In this document: in pieces, positions 1-15,413 of the stretch
How positions within the stretch are numbered: the first letter of the stretch is position 1
Layout of the letters: every line of letters starts with the position of its first letter
Assembly (NCBI GenBank): GCA_012295275.1
Contig: CM022672.1
Location: forward strand, 3,286,001 to 3,350,000
Length of the DNA stretch: 64,000 nucleotides
Source: Chrysomallon squamiferum
Lineage: Eukaryota; Animalia; Mollusca
Direction of reading: 5' to 3'
Made by a program: the position numbers and the translations under genes
The notes under the pieces: model-generated
Told to the model about the DNA's origin: nothing
What the model saw: only the letters and a program-made list of their open reading frames with translations
Databases searched by the model: none

Positions 1-141
1 ATTATATATATATATCTGTACACGTTTTTGTTAAAGGTGAATACAAAAATACAGAAAACGTTTTCTTCCAACTTAATTCTTCTTCTTCTTCTTCTTCTTC
101 TTATTCTTATTCTTATTCTTATTCTTATTCTTCTTCTTCTT

Positions 142-207
<66 letters not shown>

Positions 208-249
208 ATTATTATAACTATTATTATTATTATTATTATTATCATTATT

Positions 250-281
<32 letters not shown>

Positions 282-559
282 TTGCGGGAAAGTACATTTA
301 ATTCACATTCTTTGTTGATAATCGGATTATCTACGGAACGTGACACGGATATATATTTTTAGAAATACTGTTGCAAGAAACGATTTTAGAGACTTTAATA
401 TTAAAAATGTTTAATGTTGTGTTAAACATTCACTAACTTTTATCGCTAGTATTTTGACAGCATATCATTTTACTGAGTTGGAACAAAAAGGCGCAGTGTG
501 TATGATTTGGTTAAACTGGCCTTCATGACGTACATTTTATTTTTTTTTTATTTATTATT

Positions 560-594
<35 letters not shown>

Positions 595-786
595 TCTATT
601 TATTTATCTGTTTATTATTTTATTTATTTATTTATCTGTTTAATTATCTGTTTATTATTTTATTTATTTATTTATTTATTTATTTTTAATTTATTTTGCT
701 CAATTTTATAACTCATAGTAGTGTCAATTTTCTTCTTCTTCTTCTTATTATTTTTTTATTATTTTTATTTATTATTGTTATTATTA

Positions 787-854
<68 letters not shown>

Positions 855-1307
855 TATTATTAATTCAGCAACATTTTTCTTAGAATTAAAATAATGCAAA
901 AACTAAAACACATGACTGATCGTGCAGTAAGTGAAAAATGAGGTTCTCTTTTGAATAAGAGAACCAATTCCCATTAGTACTTACTGGAAAGCAGAGAGAC
1001 AATCTGTTTTGCTGCTACCACAAAATCGTGTCCACTTATCGCCATAATCCTTCAGGAGTTACCTCCCATTATTATTGTAAAATCAAGTAATAGTTCCTTT
1101 TTCATTTTTTTATTTCTTATTATTGTTATTATTTATTTATTTATTTTAAACTTCATTATGGCTGTTTTCTGAATTCATATTTCAGGGATTTCTTGTTCAG
1201 TTTTGAAGAATTATAAAAATAATTTATTAAATTACTACACATTTTCGATAATATAATGGATTTTCATTTCCTTAAAAACTACCATAATAAACTCTCTCTC
1301 TCTCTCT

Positions 1308-2353
1308 TGATATTTAATCAAACCGATTGGCTATCACCGGCCAATCAAATATCAGTAAGAAATTATTAAAATATTTTTCCCGGTTATAGTTTATTGTTAT
1401 TTATTAACACCTGGGCAGGTAAGTGATAGGGTGGGTCCAGGATTTAATAAAAGCGGAAGAATTAATAATAAAAAAATGACGATGATGTTGATGATGACGA
1501 AGATGACAACGACGATGACGATAATAATAATATAAATAAATAAAAATTAGTAGAGACAGGTAGAGAAAGACAGAGATTAACTAGAGCGAAAGAAAAGAAA
1601 AATGAAGACTTATTATTTTTCTTAATCTTTAATATAATTTCTTTAAGTGATAGATGAACGAAAGTTTTAAAATGCATTTAAAAAAATCAACAAAGAAAAA
1701 AAACATTTTCACCTCTGCAGTCGAAGAATTTGAGCCATATTTTAAAAAAATAAAAAAGAGGAATAAAAGAAGGAAATGAAACTAATCTAACTTAAAACGA
1801 AAATTCTTAACTTTTGTTTGCTACAATGTATTTTTCTCTCTGCCTGTCTATTCATTTACGTACGTACATTTTTCCTAGATTTAGATTTCATATTTACTCA
1901 AATAGCTATTGGAAAATGTTATGATTTATCTTCTAAATTTTATATTTTTCTCCCGTTGAGGACCATGTTTGCAGTTCACATGATAAAATATTTGCCCACT
2001 TCTTCTTCATTGTGTTTTTACTGTTTTTCTTTCGTAATGTTATTTTGAATGAACATACCAGATCATTCCTGACTTCTGGCCTAGTATTTTTCCTACAGTG
2101 TATAAATATAGCTTGAAATTCACCCAGTGATGAAGTGAATGAAAGGGATATATTGATCGCGTTAAAACAACTGTTTCATTGGTTGCTATTTACGGTAATG
2201 GTTTGTCTCAGTAATGAGACGATATGTTTGTTGTCATATATGATGATCATGTGTGTCTATTTATATCAGAAAGATCTGTAGTTGAATAATTCAGTGAGAA
2301 TATGCGTAAAGAAAGAAAGAAAAAGATAAAGTGACAAAGTAGATAAATCAAAT

Positions 2354-2435
<82 letters not shown>
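1308..2435 (+). repeat. Left arm of ~1.1 kb inverted duplication
   Basis: Reverse complement of ~8050-9183 along its whole length (e.g. tgatatttaatcaaaccgattggc at 1308 versus gccaatcggtttgattaaatatca ending at 9183), with scattered substitutions and small indels. The inner end runs into an (AG)n tract. Confidence 0.95.
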
Positions 2436-2442
<7 letters not shown>

Positions 2443-2657
2443 AAATTCTACACAAATAATAATTATAACAACAATAATAATATTCTTTATTATATCTTTC
2501 CATCATAAAATAATAACATATAAATATAAATATCTACTTTATTCATGAATAATGTATTTTATCATCAACAAAAATAACAACAATAATTATAAATAATAAT
2601 AATAATAAAGAAATGATAATAATGATGATGATGATGATGATGATGATAATGATGAAG

Positions 2658-2688
<31 letters not shown>

Positions 2689-3238
2689 TAATAAAGAAAC
2701 AATAATAATAATGATGTCACAAATACAATACCATCACGGTAGTACATTAATAAGTCAGTAATAGTGACTTTCGAAAATATGGAAATATGAAGTCACTTGA
2801 CCGATTGTAAATACTAATGTATTTGTATAATATATAATTTTATCAGCTTCATATGCGGCGATCACTCCACGATACAAGTAGTTTTATTATAATGGGGAAT
2901 AACTCTTGTCTCATTCTTAGTATTACTGTGGTTCTAGAGAGAATCAAATCAGGAAGGAGAATTCATGTCACTTGCTTACTATGCTAATCGACTAAAGTTG
3001 GATTTTTTTTTTTTTTTCTTTTCTTTCTTTTCTTTCTTCCTTCCTTCCTTCCTTTTTTTTTTTTTTTTTCTTTTTTTCTTTTCTTTTATTTTCGCATTGG
3101 TTCTTTCTTCGTATCGAACCTAATTTCATCTATATTAGCAAGCAATGTTCCCCCCCTCTCAGTCTGCCGCAATTAAACGGGGAGCGGGGGGATTACATTT
3201 GAGCCGGTGTCTCGGCGAATTTGTCTACCCCGTTCTTT

Positions 3239-3732
3239 TTATTTAACAAAGCGTCCTACATCACTCGTCAGCGAGCGAATCAGTCTGGCGGTGTCTCGAC
3301 ATACGAGGAAATTCCTGATGTCCTGACTGGCCGTGTTCGGCAGGGACCTGTACGAGTCGGGCATCACGTCGCGACCCACGGGCTCTGGCGTGTTTCTTTT
3401 CTGGTGTAGCAGTGACAAAGAGATTTGACAGAGCAGGTCCGTCATCCTCCTCTGCAGCACCGTCACGTCGTTCCTGTAAGGAGAAAACTCCGTCCTCGCC
3501 TGCTCGACAAACACGGAGGCTATGGACACGCGGACGTAGTAGCGCTCGAGAAGGTCTTCGATCTGAAAATACAAAATACTGATATGAAGATGTTGTTGTC
3601 GTCGCTGGTGATGTCGTTGGTGATGTCGTTGCCGATGTTAGTACAACAAGATGAATACAATAGTCGTAGCAGTAGGTGTATAGCCGTAGATAGGTAATAG
3701 TAGTAATAGCAGTAGTAGTAGTAATAGTTGTA

Positions 3733-3789
<57 letters not shown>

Positions 3790-3973
3790 ATAGTAGTAGT
3801 AGTAGTAGTAGTAAGGAGCATCAGTTGTAGTAATAGCTATACTAGTGGTAGCAGTAGTGGAAGTAACAGTAATAACAGTAGAATAGTCTGTAAAAGTAGC
3901 AGTTGTTGAAGAAATAGTATTGTTGAAGAAGAATAGTCTGTAGGTAATAGCCATATAATATAGATAGTTACAC

Positions 3974-4065
<92 letters not shown>

Positions 4066-4141
4066 GATACGAGCAGATAAGAAGGCAGAGGAAGATTTTA
4101 ATTATTAGCAACAGCAACAACAATGATATTCTGTGAAAATA

Positions 4142-4172
<31 letters not shown>

Positions 4173-5557
4173 AAGAGGTATGTCATTTAAAGTCCCTCTC
4201 TACGAAATGAAAACTTTCTCAAAGAAACCTACTCAGTGCTAAAATACACTAGCGATTTTATGTAATACGCATGCACATCACGAATGCGCTACATTTGAAC
4301 TACGTGCAAGAAACGTACAGAGATGTCAGCCGTGTACACAAGATTCGTGTCAGGAAAACCGTCCAGCGACTTCACCAGTCTCAGTTTGTCCGCCTCTTCC
4401 TCGTCCTCAATTCGCGTGGCCTCCTGTCATGAAAATAAACAGTCGAACATTAAGCGCAAATACCAAGAGACTTAAAATACATGGAAGAATGAAACATGCA
4501 CAGGGCGAGTGGGAAGTTTGTAAAGGATTTCGGATTTTTTGCAAAGCTAAGCTTCCTCGTTGATGGTTTTGTTATTTAAAGAGTACAGGTTGGATCGGGA
4601 AATGAAACGTTTGCGCTGCAACCCCCCCCCAAAAAAAAAAAAAACCCAGGTAGATGTTGTTTGAATGGTTACATGTATATATGTATTATAGGTACGTATC
4701 TGTCTGTGTGTGTGTGTCTGTCTGTCTGTGTGTGAGCGTGGATGCGAGACAAACTTACAATCACATTAGACAGTTCTCTGTCAGCTTCCTGAATGGATTC
4801 ACATTTTCTAAGGATGATTTTCAAGTCGAGATTTAGCTGCGGTTTGAAACTGTCCAGAACAGCAGACAACGCCCCTCCTTTCTCACCTCCGCAAGGTTTT
4901 ACCCACGGGTCGGAGATCTCACGTGATGGTGCAGAACAGACTTGAGAGAATACTGGTACGAGGTACAATAGCACTGAAATAAATATATATATATATATAT
5001 GTTTGTGTGTGTATATATGTGTGTGAGTGTATATACACAACATAGATACACGCACACACACACATACATGCATATCCATATACACATATACATACATACA
5101 TACATACAAATATACATATATATATATACTTACATACATACATACACATACTGATACATACACATATTCGCACGCTTATGTGTGTCTGTGGTCTGTGTGC
5201 GTACGTACATTTGTCATATGTGAATAATTTTTACATACATACTTACGTACATTCATACATACATATATACATACATATAAACTTTAGTGATAATCAGGAT
5301 GTCAGTACACACACACACACACCTCACATACATATAACAAGTTAATGATGAGGTACTTAAGTAAATAATGAATAACTACAGTAACAGGAACAACAGGACA
5401 AAGATAACATCAGTTCTACTTTTAATAGTAAAAAAATAGAAATAATACTAATACTAATGCTAATGCTGCTAATAATAATAATAATAATAATAACAACAAC
5501 AACAACAACAACAATAGTAACAGAAACAATAACAACAATAACAACACCAACAACAAC

Positions 5558-5609
<52 letters not shown>

Positions 5610-5788
5610 ATAATAACAGCATTATTATTATCTGTAATAGCAGTGGTACAGAAGTAGTAATGGTAACGGTAGTAACAGCTATAATAAAACATAACACCAC
5701 CAACAACACCAACTACAACAACAACAAAACAGCAGTAGTAATAATAAGAACATACAGTCGTGTTCTCACCTGCTGCTTTAACGTTCAT
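3239..5788 (-). CDS. Secreted helical cytokine-like protein A (Unpaired/IL-6-like candidate), ~220 aa, 4 coding exons
   Basis: Exons 5788-5770, 4973-4759, 4423-4319 and 3562-3239 join in frame with GT-AG sites (phases 1,0,0). Protein: MNVKAAVLLYLVPVFSQVCSAP (signal-peptide-like)...DPWVKPCGG...SLDGFPDT...VFVEQA...LLCQI...VGRDVMPDSYR...IRNFLVCRD...FVK*. An in-frame upstream ATG at 5812 is an alternative start. The gene is well supported; the family assignment is from motif recall. Confidence 0.8.
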
Positions 5789-6080
5789 ATCGCGATCAGC
5801 AGTTATATACATTCTGAGAATGAATTAGAAATCACACCTGAATTATAGTTGAATAACTTTGATTACCGTCACTTACCGTTATGTCTATATATATACACAG
5901 GAACAAAACGGAACTGCTATATTTATGACGGATGCTGCCACATTCAGTCGATTCAGATGTTATAATTAGAAAACAGGTGTGTTCTTTTAATATGATTTTT
6001 TAGCATATTTTCCCACTGTCAGGGAAAAAACTGAATTTCGTAATTCTGACGAATCTTCATTTTTTTTTTTTTTTTTTTTC

Positions 6081-6114
<34 letters not shown>

Positions 6115-6118
6115 GTAA

Positions 6119-6243
<125 letters not shown>

Positions 6244-6580
6244 TTATTTATTTATTTAATATATTTTTTCCCTAGGTCGATATTAAACTGCATTTCGAAA
6301 TTATTATTATTATATTGAACACTAATTTGAACGATGGAAAATTTTAATTTCATTTTTTGTTAACAATATGGAAATGTACTAAAGAAATAAAAAAAAATTA
6401 CCCGTCCGGTTTTTGAGCTTGTAAAATTTAAAAAGGAGAACAAAAAAAAAAGAAAAGAAGAAAATAAATTCACTCATGCATGCAATTTAACGCACCACCT
6501 TTACTGCCGTTGCGCTTTGCTGCTTACATTATGTTAATGTTGTGGAAATCAGTAATTTTTTTAACAGTTCGTTCCTAGAA

Positions 6581-6670
<90 letters not shown>

Positions 6671-7097
6671 GTTTTACAGGGAAGTTGACGCATGTTTTAT
6701 TTTATTTTAGTTCAGAGATCGTTACTTATACTTCAAATGAAGAAAAGCTCTTTTAGATGGATTCTATTTCTTTCTACACAGTCAAGCTTATCTACTTTTC
6801 TTTAGCATTACCTAAACGTAGTCCGCAACTTAGAGAATTAACGGTTTACGACTTACTAAAATTTAAAATAAAAAGATAAATAAAATTTATATTTAATTTC
6901 CTTACTATTTGCCAACACTACAGTATAAACTGCGTTACAATTGATAAACAACCAAAGAATCTTGTGTAACTTCCGTTGCGAGTTAGTCCGGTTGATGTAA
7001 CACAATCATGACCATATATATATATATAACCAAGACAGGACCTTTTTTTGTTTTTCCTTTTCTTTCCTTTTTAATTTTTTAAATTTATTTATGTATT

Positions 7098-7132
<35 letters not shown>

Positions 7133-7391
7133 TTTGTTTGTTTATTTATTTATTTATTTATTTATTTATTTTTTTATTTTTTTATTTTTAATATTTGTTT
7201 TTTAACGTTTTAAACCGAGTTAGAATAATAATTCATAAGTAAGTTCAGTCACTTGCAAATAAGCAGTCGACAGTTTTCCAATCACTGCTCCGTGTCTGAT
7301 TTCGTCAAAAGCCGTGGTATGTACTGCTTTTCATACATGACGTGATTATTATAAGATTTCAATGAGAAGAGAGTGGTATGTTATAAAGCGG

Positions 7392-8115
<724 letters not shown>

Positions 8116-9381
8116 ATTTATTTTATTTATCTACTTTGACACTTGACTTTCTTTATTTCTTTACGCATATTCTCACTGTATTATTCAACTACAGATCTTT
8201 CTGATATAAATAGACCCACATGATCATCATATTTGACAACAAACATATTGTGTCGTTACTGAGACAAACCATTACCGTAAATAGCAACCAATGAAACAGT
8301 TGTTTTAACGAGATCAATATATCCCTTTCATTCACTTCATCACTGGGTGAATTTCAAGCTATATTTATACACTGTAGGAAAAATACTAGGCCAGAAGTCA
8401 CGCATGACCTGGTATGTTCATTCAAAATAACATTACGAAAGAAAAAACAGTAAAAACACGATGAAAAAGAAATGTGGAAATATGTCATCATGTGAATTGC
8501 AAGCATGGTCCTCAACGGCAGAAAAATACTAAATTTAGAACATAAATCATAAAATTTTCCAACAGATATTTGAGTAAATATGAAATCTAAATCTAGGCAT
8601 AAATCTAGGAAGAATGTACATACATAAATGAACAGACAGGCAGAGAGAAAAGTACATAATGTAGCAAACAAAAGTTAAGAATTTTCGTTTTAAGTTAGAT
8701 TAGTTTCATTTCCTTCTTTTTTTCCTCTTTTTAATTTTTTTAAAGTATGGCTCTCATTTTTCGACTGCAGAGGTGATAGTGTAGTTTTTTTTCTTTGTTG
8801 ATTTTTTTTAATGGATTTTTAAAATTTTCATTCATCTTTCACTTAAAGAAATTATATTAAAGATTAAGAAAAATAATAAGTCTTCATTTTTCTTTTCTTT
8901 CGCTCTAGTTAATCTCTGTCTTTCTCTACCTGTCTCTGCTAATTTTTATTTATTTTTATTATTATTATCGTCATCGTCGTTGTCATCTTCGTCATCATCA
9001 ACATCATCGTCATTATTTTATTATTAATTCTTCCGCTTTTATTAAATCCTGGACCCACCCTATCACTTACCTGCACAGGTGTTAATAAATAACAATAAAC
9101 TGTAACCGGGAAAAATATTTTTTAATAATTTCTTACTGATATTTGATTGGCCGGTGATAGCCAATCGGTTTGATTAAATATCATTTCGCCTGATGCATAA
9201 AACTTTTAAGGTGTGTGTTTCTGTGAGCGCGCGTGAGTGTGTGTGTGAGTGAGAGTGTGGGTGTGAGTGTGAGTGTTCATATGTGTGTGGGAGAGGTACT
9301 TGATGTAATGTGTGTACATAATTATGCTAATATTCATGATAAATAATAAATGAAACACAATGATAGATAGATAAGAGATAG

Positions 9382-9478
<97 letters not shown>

Positions 9479-10517
9479 CACAAACACTCAAAGGTACAAA
9501 GTTACTTTCAGTTTAACGTGAAAATGAATGTTGTAAAAACCTGATATCTTTATGTGTTGATACCAATGTCAGATAATTTTCGTGGGAATGTCAACTAAGA
9601 ACGGTGAGACAGGCAATGCCAGACATAACTGAACACTGTAGCTTTGTTTAACAAATAAATGAGTGTAATAACATAGCTGTTGGAACAATGAATAATAAAA
9701 TCAAAGGTCAGATATTTTGCATGTACGCACAGAAGGAAATAAAAAAAACAACCCACATACATACATACATATATACTATCATTTGAATTTATTTTATTTC
9801 ATTTTGTAAATAATATATGTGTATATATATATATATTACTATCTAATCTTATTAATTGGATACTATAAAATATAACACAAAACCAAAATTTTATTTTAAT
9901 ATTTATTCTCCCGCAAACAAAACAAATAGATTAAATACAAAAATTAAAAATGTTAACCACAACCAAAGCTTGATATCATGATATATTTCACCAGATACTG
10001 GTTGAAACAAATTTCAACTTTCCTTAAATGGAAATACTTGTAGGCATTTTGATAAAATAGTTAAAGATCCAGTAGCAGCACCTTAATAATGGTAGTAGTA
10101 ATAGAAGTTGTTGTTGTAGTGGTATAATAGAACTAGTAATAACAGTAGCAGTTGTGATAATGATATTAATATTAGACTTTGGAAGTAATACAGGAGTAGA
10201 AATAGTAGTGGTATGCATAGTAGTAGTAATAGTAGTAGTATAATAGTATCAAAAACCGTAATAGTAACAGTTTTACTAGAGACTGAAATGACGGTGACAG
10301 AAATTATGTAGTTAGAATTTATTTTAAATTGTTAAGGACTTATGTTAATTTTATCGTTTAGAAATGTTATTTTATCACAATGCCCATCCATATTACATTA
10401 CACGTAATAGTTTTACATCTTCGGAAAACGCAGTATCTGTTACAAAAGCAAGACATACGGGCTTTCAACAGTTTGACTGACCGATGTTGTTGTCCTTTCG
10501 TTCAAATGTTCTACCAC

Positions 10518-10893
10518 TTAATTATAAGCTGCTTGCATTTTCACGTGATTGTCAACATTCGCTTTCAGAAGATGAACAGCCTCTTTCGCCACCGCGTAGT
10601 CTCGTTTTCGCCTGTCCGCAGTGCTGGTGACGTCACGAAGTGCACTAGCCATAACGTCTCTTCCCACGTGATTAGTGACTGCCACATCGAGGCTCTTCAG
10701 TATCGTTTCTATCTGACATAAAATCAGATATATTTTCCTTTCTAAGTTCTTCATTGGTTTCACTGAAGAACTATTTTCATGCTCTATATCATCCACTATA
10801 AGTTGTTCAAGAAAAACCAATATGGTGGAGAGGTTGATGAAATCAACTTTTAAAACAGCCCCCGTCTGAAATAATAATAATAATAAAAATAAT

Positions 10894-10926
<33 letters not shown>

Positions 10927-11920
10927 AACAGTACTAATAATAATAAATGTATGTATGGATGTATTATTCTCGTATTATTCTCGGATGTATATAATATGCA
11001 TATATACACCCCGAAACACAAAAAATGTGTCTATTTATGTATGTATTTTTATATAATGTATGTATGTATGTATGTATGTATGTATATTTATATGTATCAA
11101 TGCATATATATATGTATGTATGTAATAATGATTATTTCAATAAGCACATTAAAAACCTACATCATTTTTATTTTGCCAGTTCTTTACATGACTTGGAAGA
11201 GCCAAACCCTCGAGATGAATGTTTTCTAGGTATTCCGCCAAATCCAGACTTGATCCCAGCCTGTTTACAAACTGAAATAAGGGTACGAGAAGAATAAATC
11301 CTCTGGTGTAACCATTTAGCAGCAAAATTATATCAACTGAAGATGTAGTAGATAGTGGCAGAATTATATCTATTGAGATATAGCAGATATTAGCAAAATT
11401 CTATCTACTGAAGATATTCGGAATGTAAACCGTATTAAAAATAATCATCATAGTTATTATCGTTACCATCGTAACCATCTTCATTATTATAATTACCATC
11501 ATCATTACCGTCATCATCATCATCACCATTAAGATCATCATCAACATTACCATTATCATTATCATCATTGTGATCATAATGTATCATATCGCTTATGTAT
11601 TATTTCCAGTTCCATAAAAAAAAAAAAAAAAAAAAAAAAACCCCATTAACTTTACCAAAAGGTTACGTACAAAGAGTTTCTTCAGTTCTGAAGATAAAAT
11701 GTGGCCTTCCTTTGATCTGATGTACAGTTCGCTGGTGAGGTCACTCATTGAAGGTTGGACGTGAAAAAGAAAAGCGACGGAGGATTGGCTGGATGACCCA
11801 GGGGCTGCACATGGCGTTGCCCAAGGGACATTTTTAGCGTCTTGCTGACTTCCCGATGGAAGCTCCTTTGAACTTGGTAGTACTGACACAGTAACGAAAA
11901 GAACCAACAGTTGTTCTGAA

Positions 11921-11983
<63 letters not shown>

Positions 11984-12842
11984 GAAGAAGAAGAAGATGA
12001 TGAAGAAGATTAACAACAACAACAATATCAATAACAGTAACAACAACAATAATAATAATATTCATTGATTTTTGAGTAATTTTCAAAAAATAAAATCTTA
12101 ACAGCTGAGTGATGCTACCTAACTACTGTATCTTATTTTTGATGTTGTTATTCTCTATTGTATTTTTCGTATTCTTATAGATCTGACAACAAAATTATTT
12201 ATTTATCTTAATGGAACGGGTATCATCGTCAAACATTGTGAAAAATAAATTCTAACACCATCTTAGAAATGATGATCTCAATAAAAACAATGATTATTTT
12301 GTTGATGTTTTCCAATATAGCATTGTCTTTTTTTTTTTTTTTTTTTTTTTTAATTACATACTTCGCTTTGTGAGAAGGTTCAGTACAAAATACAGCTTGA
12401 TGTTGATCACCGAAAGACACCACGAAACTATGGTGGTCACGGTTTTTCTGTGACGTACTATTATTTTGAAGAAAAAAAAATGAAAATGTTCTCTTCTTTT
12501 AATTTTAATTTTTTATATTTTATTTTAATTTTTATTATTGTTATTATTATTAATATTTTTTATTATTTATTTATTTTATTATTATTATTATTATTTTTTT
12601 TTTTTTTTTTTTTTGCTTTATTATTATATCTCTTTTTCTGAAATAGGAGGAAGGTTGCATCTTTTTCATCGAGTAAGATTTCATCAAACACTCGAAAATT
12701 TTTTAATTAAAATTTAATTCATTGAACAGCAGTTCAAACGAATCATTAGTCTAACTTCATCCTAAAGTAAATCCCGCCTCTCAAAAAAAGAATAAAATAA
12801 AATAAAAAATAAAATAATAATAATAATAATAATAACAACAAC

Positions 12843-12902
<60 letters not shown>

Positions 12903-14363
12903 CAAATAAATAAATAAATAAATAGGAAACTGTAGAATTACATGTTCATGAGAAGAACCGGAGAACGAAAATGATCGATAACCAGTGACTGTATCTTTTC
13001 GGAGAAATACTATCCAGACAAAGAGTAAATTGGGATGTTAGAGGCCTGACTCATCCCCAAGCCAGTTCCACTCTGTCTGACAAACTGTAGCTTAATGTCT
13101 GACACTGAAAGATTTCCGAGATGGTCAGTCACAGCGCTTAGACGTTATTTTCAAATCTAGTACGTGCTAATGAAATGTCATTTTCTACTAGTTTCAACAA
13201 AATCGGCCCTAACAAAGGTGATGTTGCTCTCTTTGTATCATGATCATCATCATCATCATTATTATTATCATTATCGTCCATGATACACGTTTAAAAACAG
13301 ATAATGTTAAAATGTTTTGGCTTCGTGTTCAAAATTTTTTTATTTCATTTTATTTTATTTTATTTTATATATATAAAAACAATGTTTTTATTAAACGTTC
13401 ACTTAATTAGCGTTTTCGCAAAAAAAAAAAAAAAAATAAATAAAAAAAAACCCTTTTAACTTAGATTTCTTTTCAAGAAAAGAAAACTTTTCTTTTCTTA
13501 AATCTTTAAATTAATTGTTTTTAAGCTTTGAATAGTGAATTTAAAAAATCTATGTATTACCTCTAAGTTAACGTTTAGATCAAACAGGACATACATATCT
13601 ATTTTATATATAATTTTTTTTTTTAAATCTGTTTCTAAATACTGTGTCTCTCTGATTTTTATTTCATTAAGCTAGAATACACGCATTCTCACCCTAAATT
13701 GTAAATACCATATCTGAATAATTTTGTTCTTTTATTATTATTATTTTTTTTTATTATTATTTCGCGAGTATAAAATATAAATATGGTCCAATATAACCTT
13801 GCCTAATTTTACGTTCTAACTCCTAAACGATATGAAAATCTAAATGACACAAAGATATCTAATTTTTAATCTCGTTAATTTGGATAAAGTATCTATAATC
13901 CATCAAGATTCCAAGACGTTTTGTAAAATGCCACAGGCAATACTTTTTATACGGTGAAGTTTGTTGTGTATTATAAATAGAATTATAACAGATGAACAGT
14001 TTGACTGACAAATACGAGTTTAGAAATATTCTGAATTTTTATTTTATTAATAATTCAGTTTAATTTAATTGTTAAAATATTTTTATGTTTATATTTTAAT
14101 GCAGTTTTTAATAGTATATATTATATTGTTTTTTGTTCTTTAAAATGAATATTATATTATTTTTTTTTAAAGTTTAATAAATTTGAAGTTTATTTTATGG
14201 TTAGTTTTTCACTTTAAAAAAAAAAATGTATAATATAAAATGAATATCATTTATTAAACAAAAATGAATCCTTTGTTCTATAATTCATTTTGAAAAATTA
14301 TTTAAAATAACAGTTTAAACTAAATTTTTAAAATATTTAAATATACTTACGTTTTATATCCAT
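10518..14363 (-). CDS. Secreted helical cytokine-like protein B, paralog of A, ~238 aa, 4 coding exons
   Basis: Exons 14363-14351 (ATGGATATAAAAC|gtaagt; least certain), 11915-11671, 11271-11161 and 10865-10518, with the same phases 1,0,0. Protein: MDIKQQLLVLFVTVSVLPSS...VPWATPCA...HLEGLALP...VFLEQL...ILCQI...VGRDVMASALR...RKRDYAVAKE...AAYN*. Shares PW-x2-PC, VF-x-EQ, LCQI and VGRDVM with gene A. Confidence 0.8.
11320..11420. repeat. Degenerate ~36-bp minisatellite in intron 2 of cytokine-like gene B
   Basis: gcaaaattatatcaactgaagat / gcagaattatatctattgagat / gcaaaattctatctactgaagat. Confidence 0.6.
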
Positions 14364-15381
14364 ATCAATTTGTCACAAAATTAAATAACAATAAAATATA
14401 TGTGTTGCACGCTGAAGCGAATTTAACGCCAAACATGGAATACTTACCATTTTATGTATTTTCGTTTATGAAACCGTTTCAAAAGTTTTACTCAAAATGT
14501 ATAAAAAGAATTCCATTTTTCCTGATAACGGTTTCATTATTTTTCATACCATTGTCATCATAGTAACACATCTGTTGCCGGGCTTTAGTTTACCCTTTAG
14601 TTTCGACCAATCATATGACTCATTAGAATATCTCAGAATTCACGATGAGCCAATTTTCAGTATCGATGAAACGCAGAAAAAAAAAGAAGAAAAAACCCTA
14701 AAATAACATAAACTTTCATTTGTATCCTCAGGAGTAGCCTGGTTTTCGGATGACGGGAGCAATTCTTCAGAAACGACAGTCTAATTACGTCAGCGATGCT
14801 CGTAGATGAAAAGTGGAAAGTAGCAGAAGGATAATTTTCCTGAGAAGATGAACGCAGACTGATTTCAAACACAGTGTTACATATTACCAGAAATACACAT
14901 ACCTGTAAGTTTTAAATATCTGATTTAAGCTCACTTTTATATCAGTAATAACGGTTGTACGATGCGTTTCTGCAGTATAAACGTAACTGCTGCAGATTTA
15001 AACTATGTCATTGATTCTCGAGTGTGACAGCTTGGGGTTATTTCGATTGTCACAGACGGCGCTGCGTTGCCCTTATTGCAAACATTCTTACACGGTTTTA
15101 AAACACATCGTAGCTGTCGCCTGTGTTGATGGAGGGTTTCGTGGATTCTCTGAACCAGTTGGTGGTCATTTGGGTGGTTTCTAGCATCATATTTTTTAAC
15201 TTCTTTCCTCAGTAAGATTTTTTGGTTATTTATTCATTTATTTATTCATTCATTTATCCATGTATGTGTGAGAATGTACATGTTCGCATGTGTGTTTGTA
15301 TATGTATTGTATGTGTATGTATATCTGTTTCTGTATATGTTATGCTTAGAATAGAGAGAATTATACATATAATTATATAAT

Positions 15382-15413
<32 letters not shown>

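Noticed and set aside
28-689. Poly-Leu/Ile and YLFI ORFs (and similar SLSL, ERER, poly-T/Y/V, THTH ORFs throughout the window)
   Set aside because: Translations of microsatellites; no splice or protein-family support.
1818-2048. Apparent paralogous ORFs 1818..2048(+) and 8354..8671(-)
   Set aside because: Similarity is explained by the inverted DNA duplication; ORF ends differ and no domain is recognisable.
3221-3697. Plus-strand ORFs overlapping the last exon of gene A (and similar antisense ORFs over UIMC1, TBC1D, NFYA and SNRPG exons)
   Set aside because: Antisense shadows of real exons.
9800-10517. AU-rich instability elements in the cytokine-like 3'UTR
   Set aside because: ATTTA frequency is not distinguishable from the AT-rich background.
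14412-14450. ATG|gtaagt at 14450 as the start exon of gene B
   Set aside because: A phase-0 donor is incompatible with the phase-1 exon 2, and the intron to the nearest acceptor would be only 36 nt.
15003-15230. ~75-codon open frame on the minus strand as a further exon of the CARD gene
   Set aside because: No convincing polypyrimidine-AG acceptor and no recognisable motif or TM segment.
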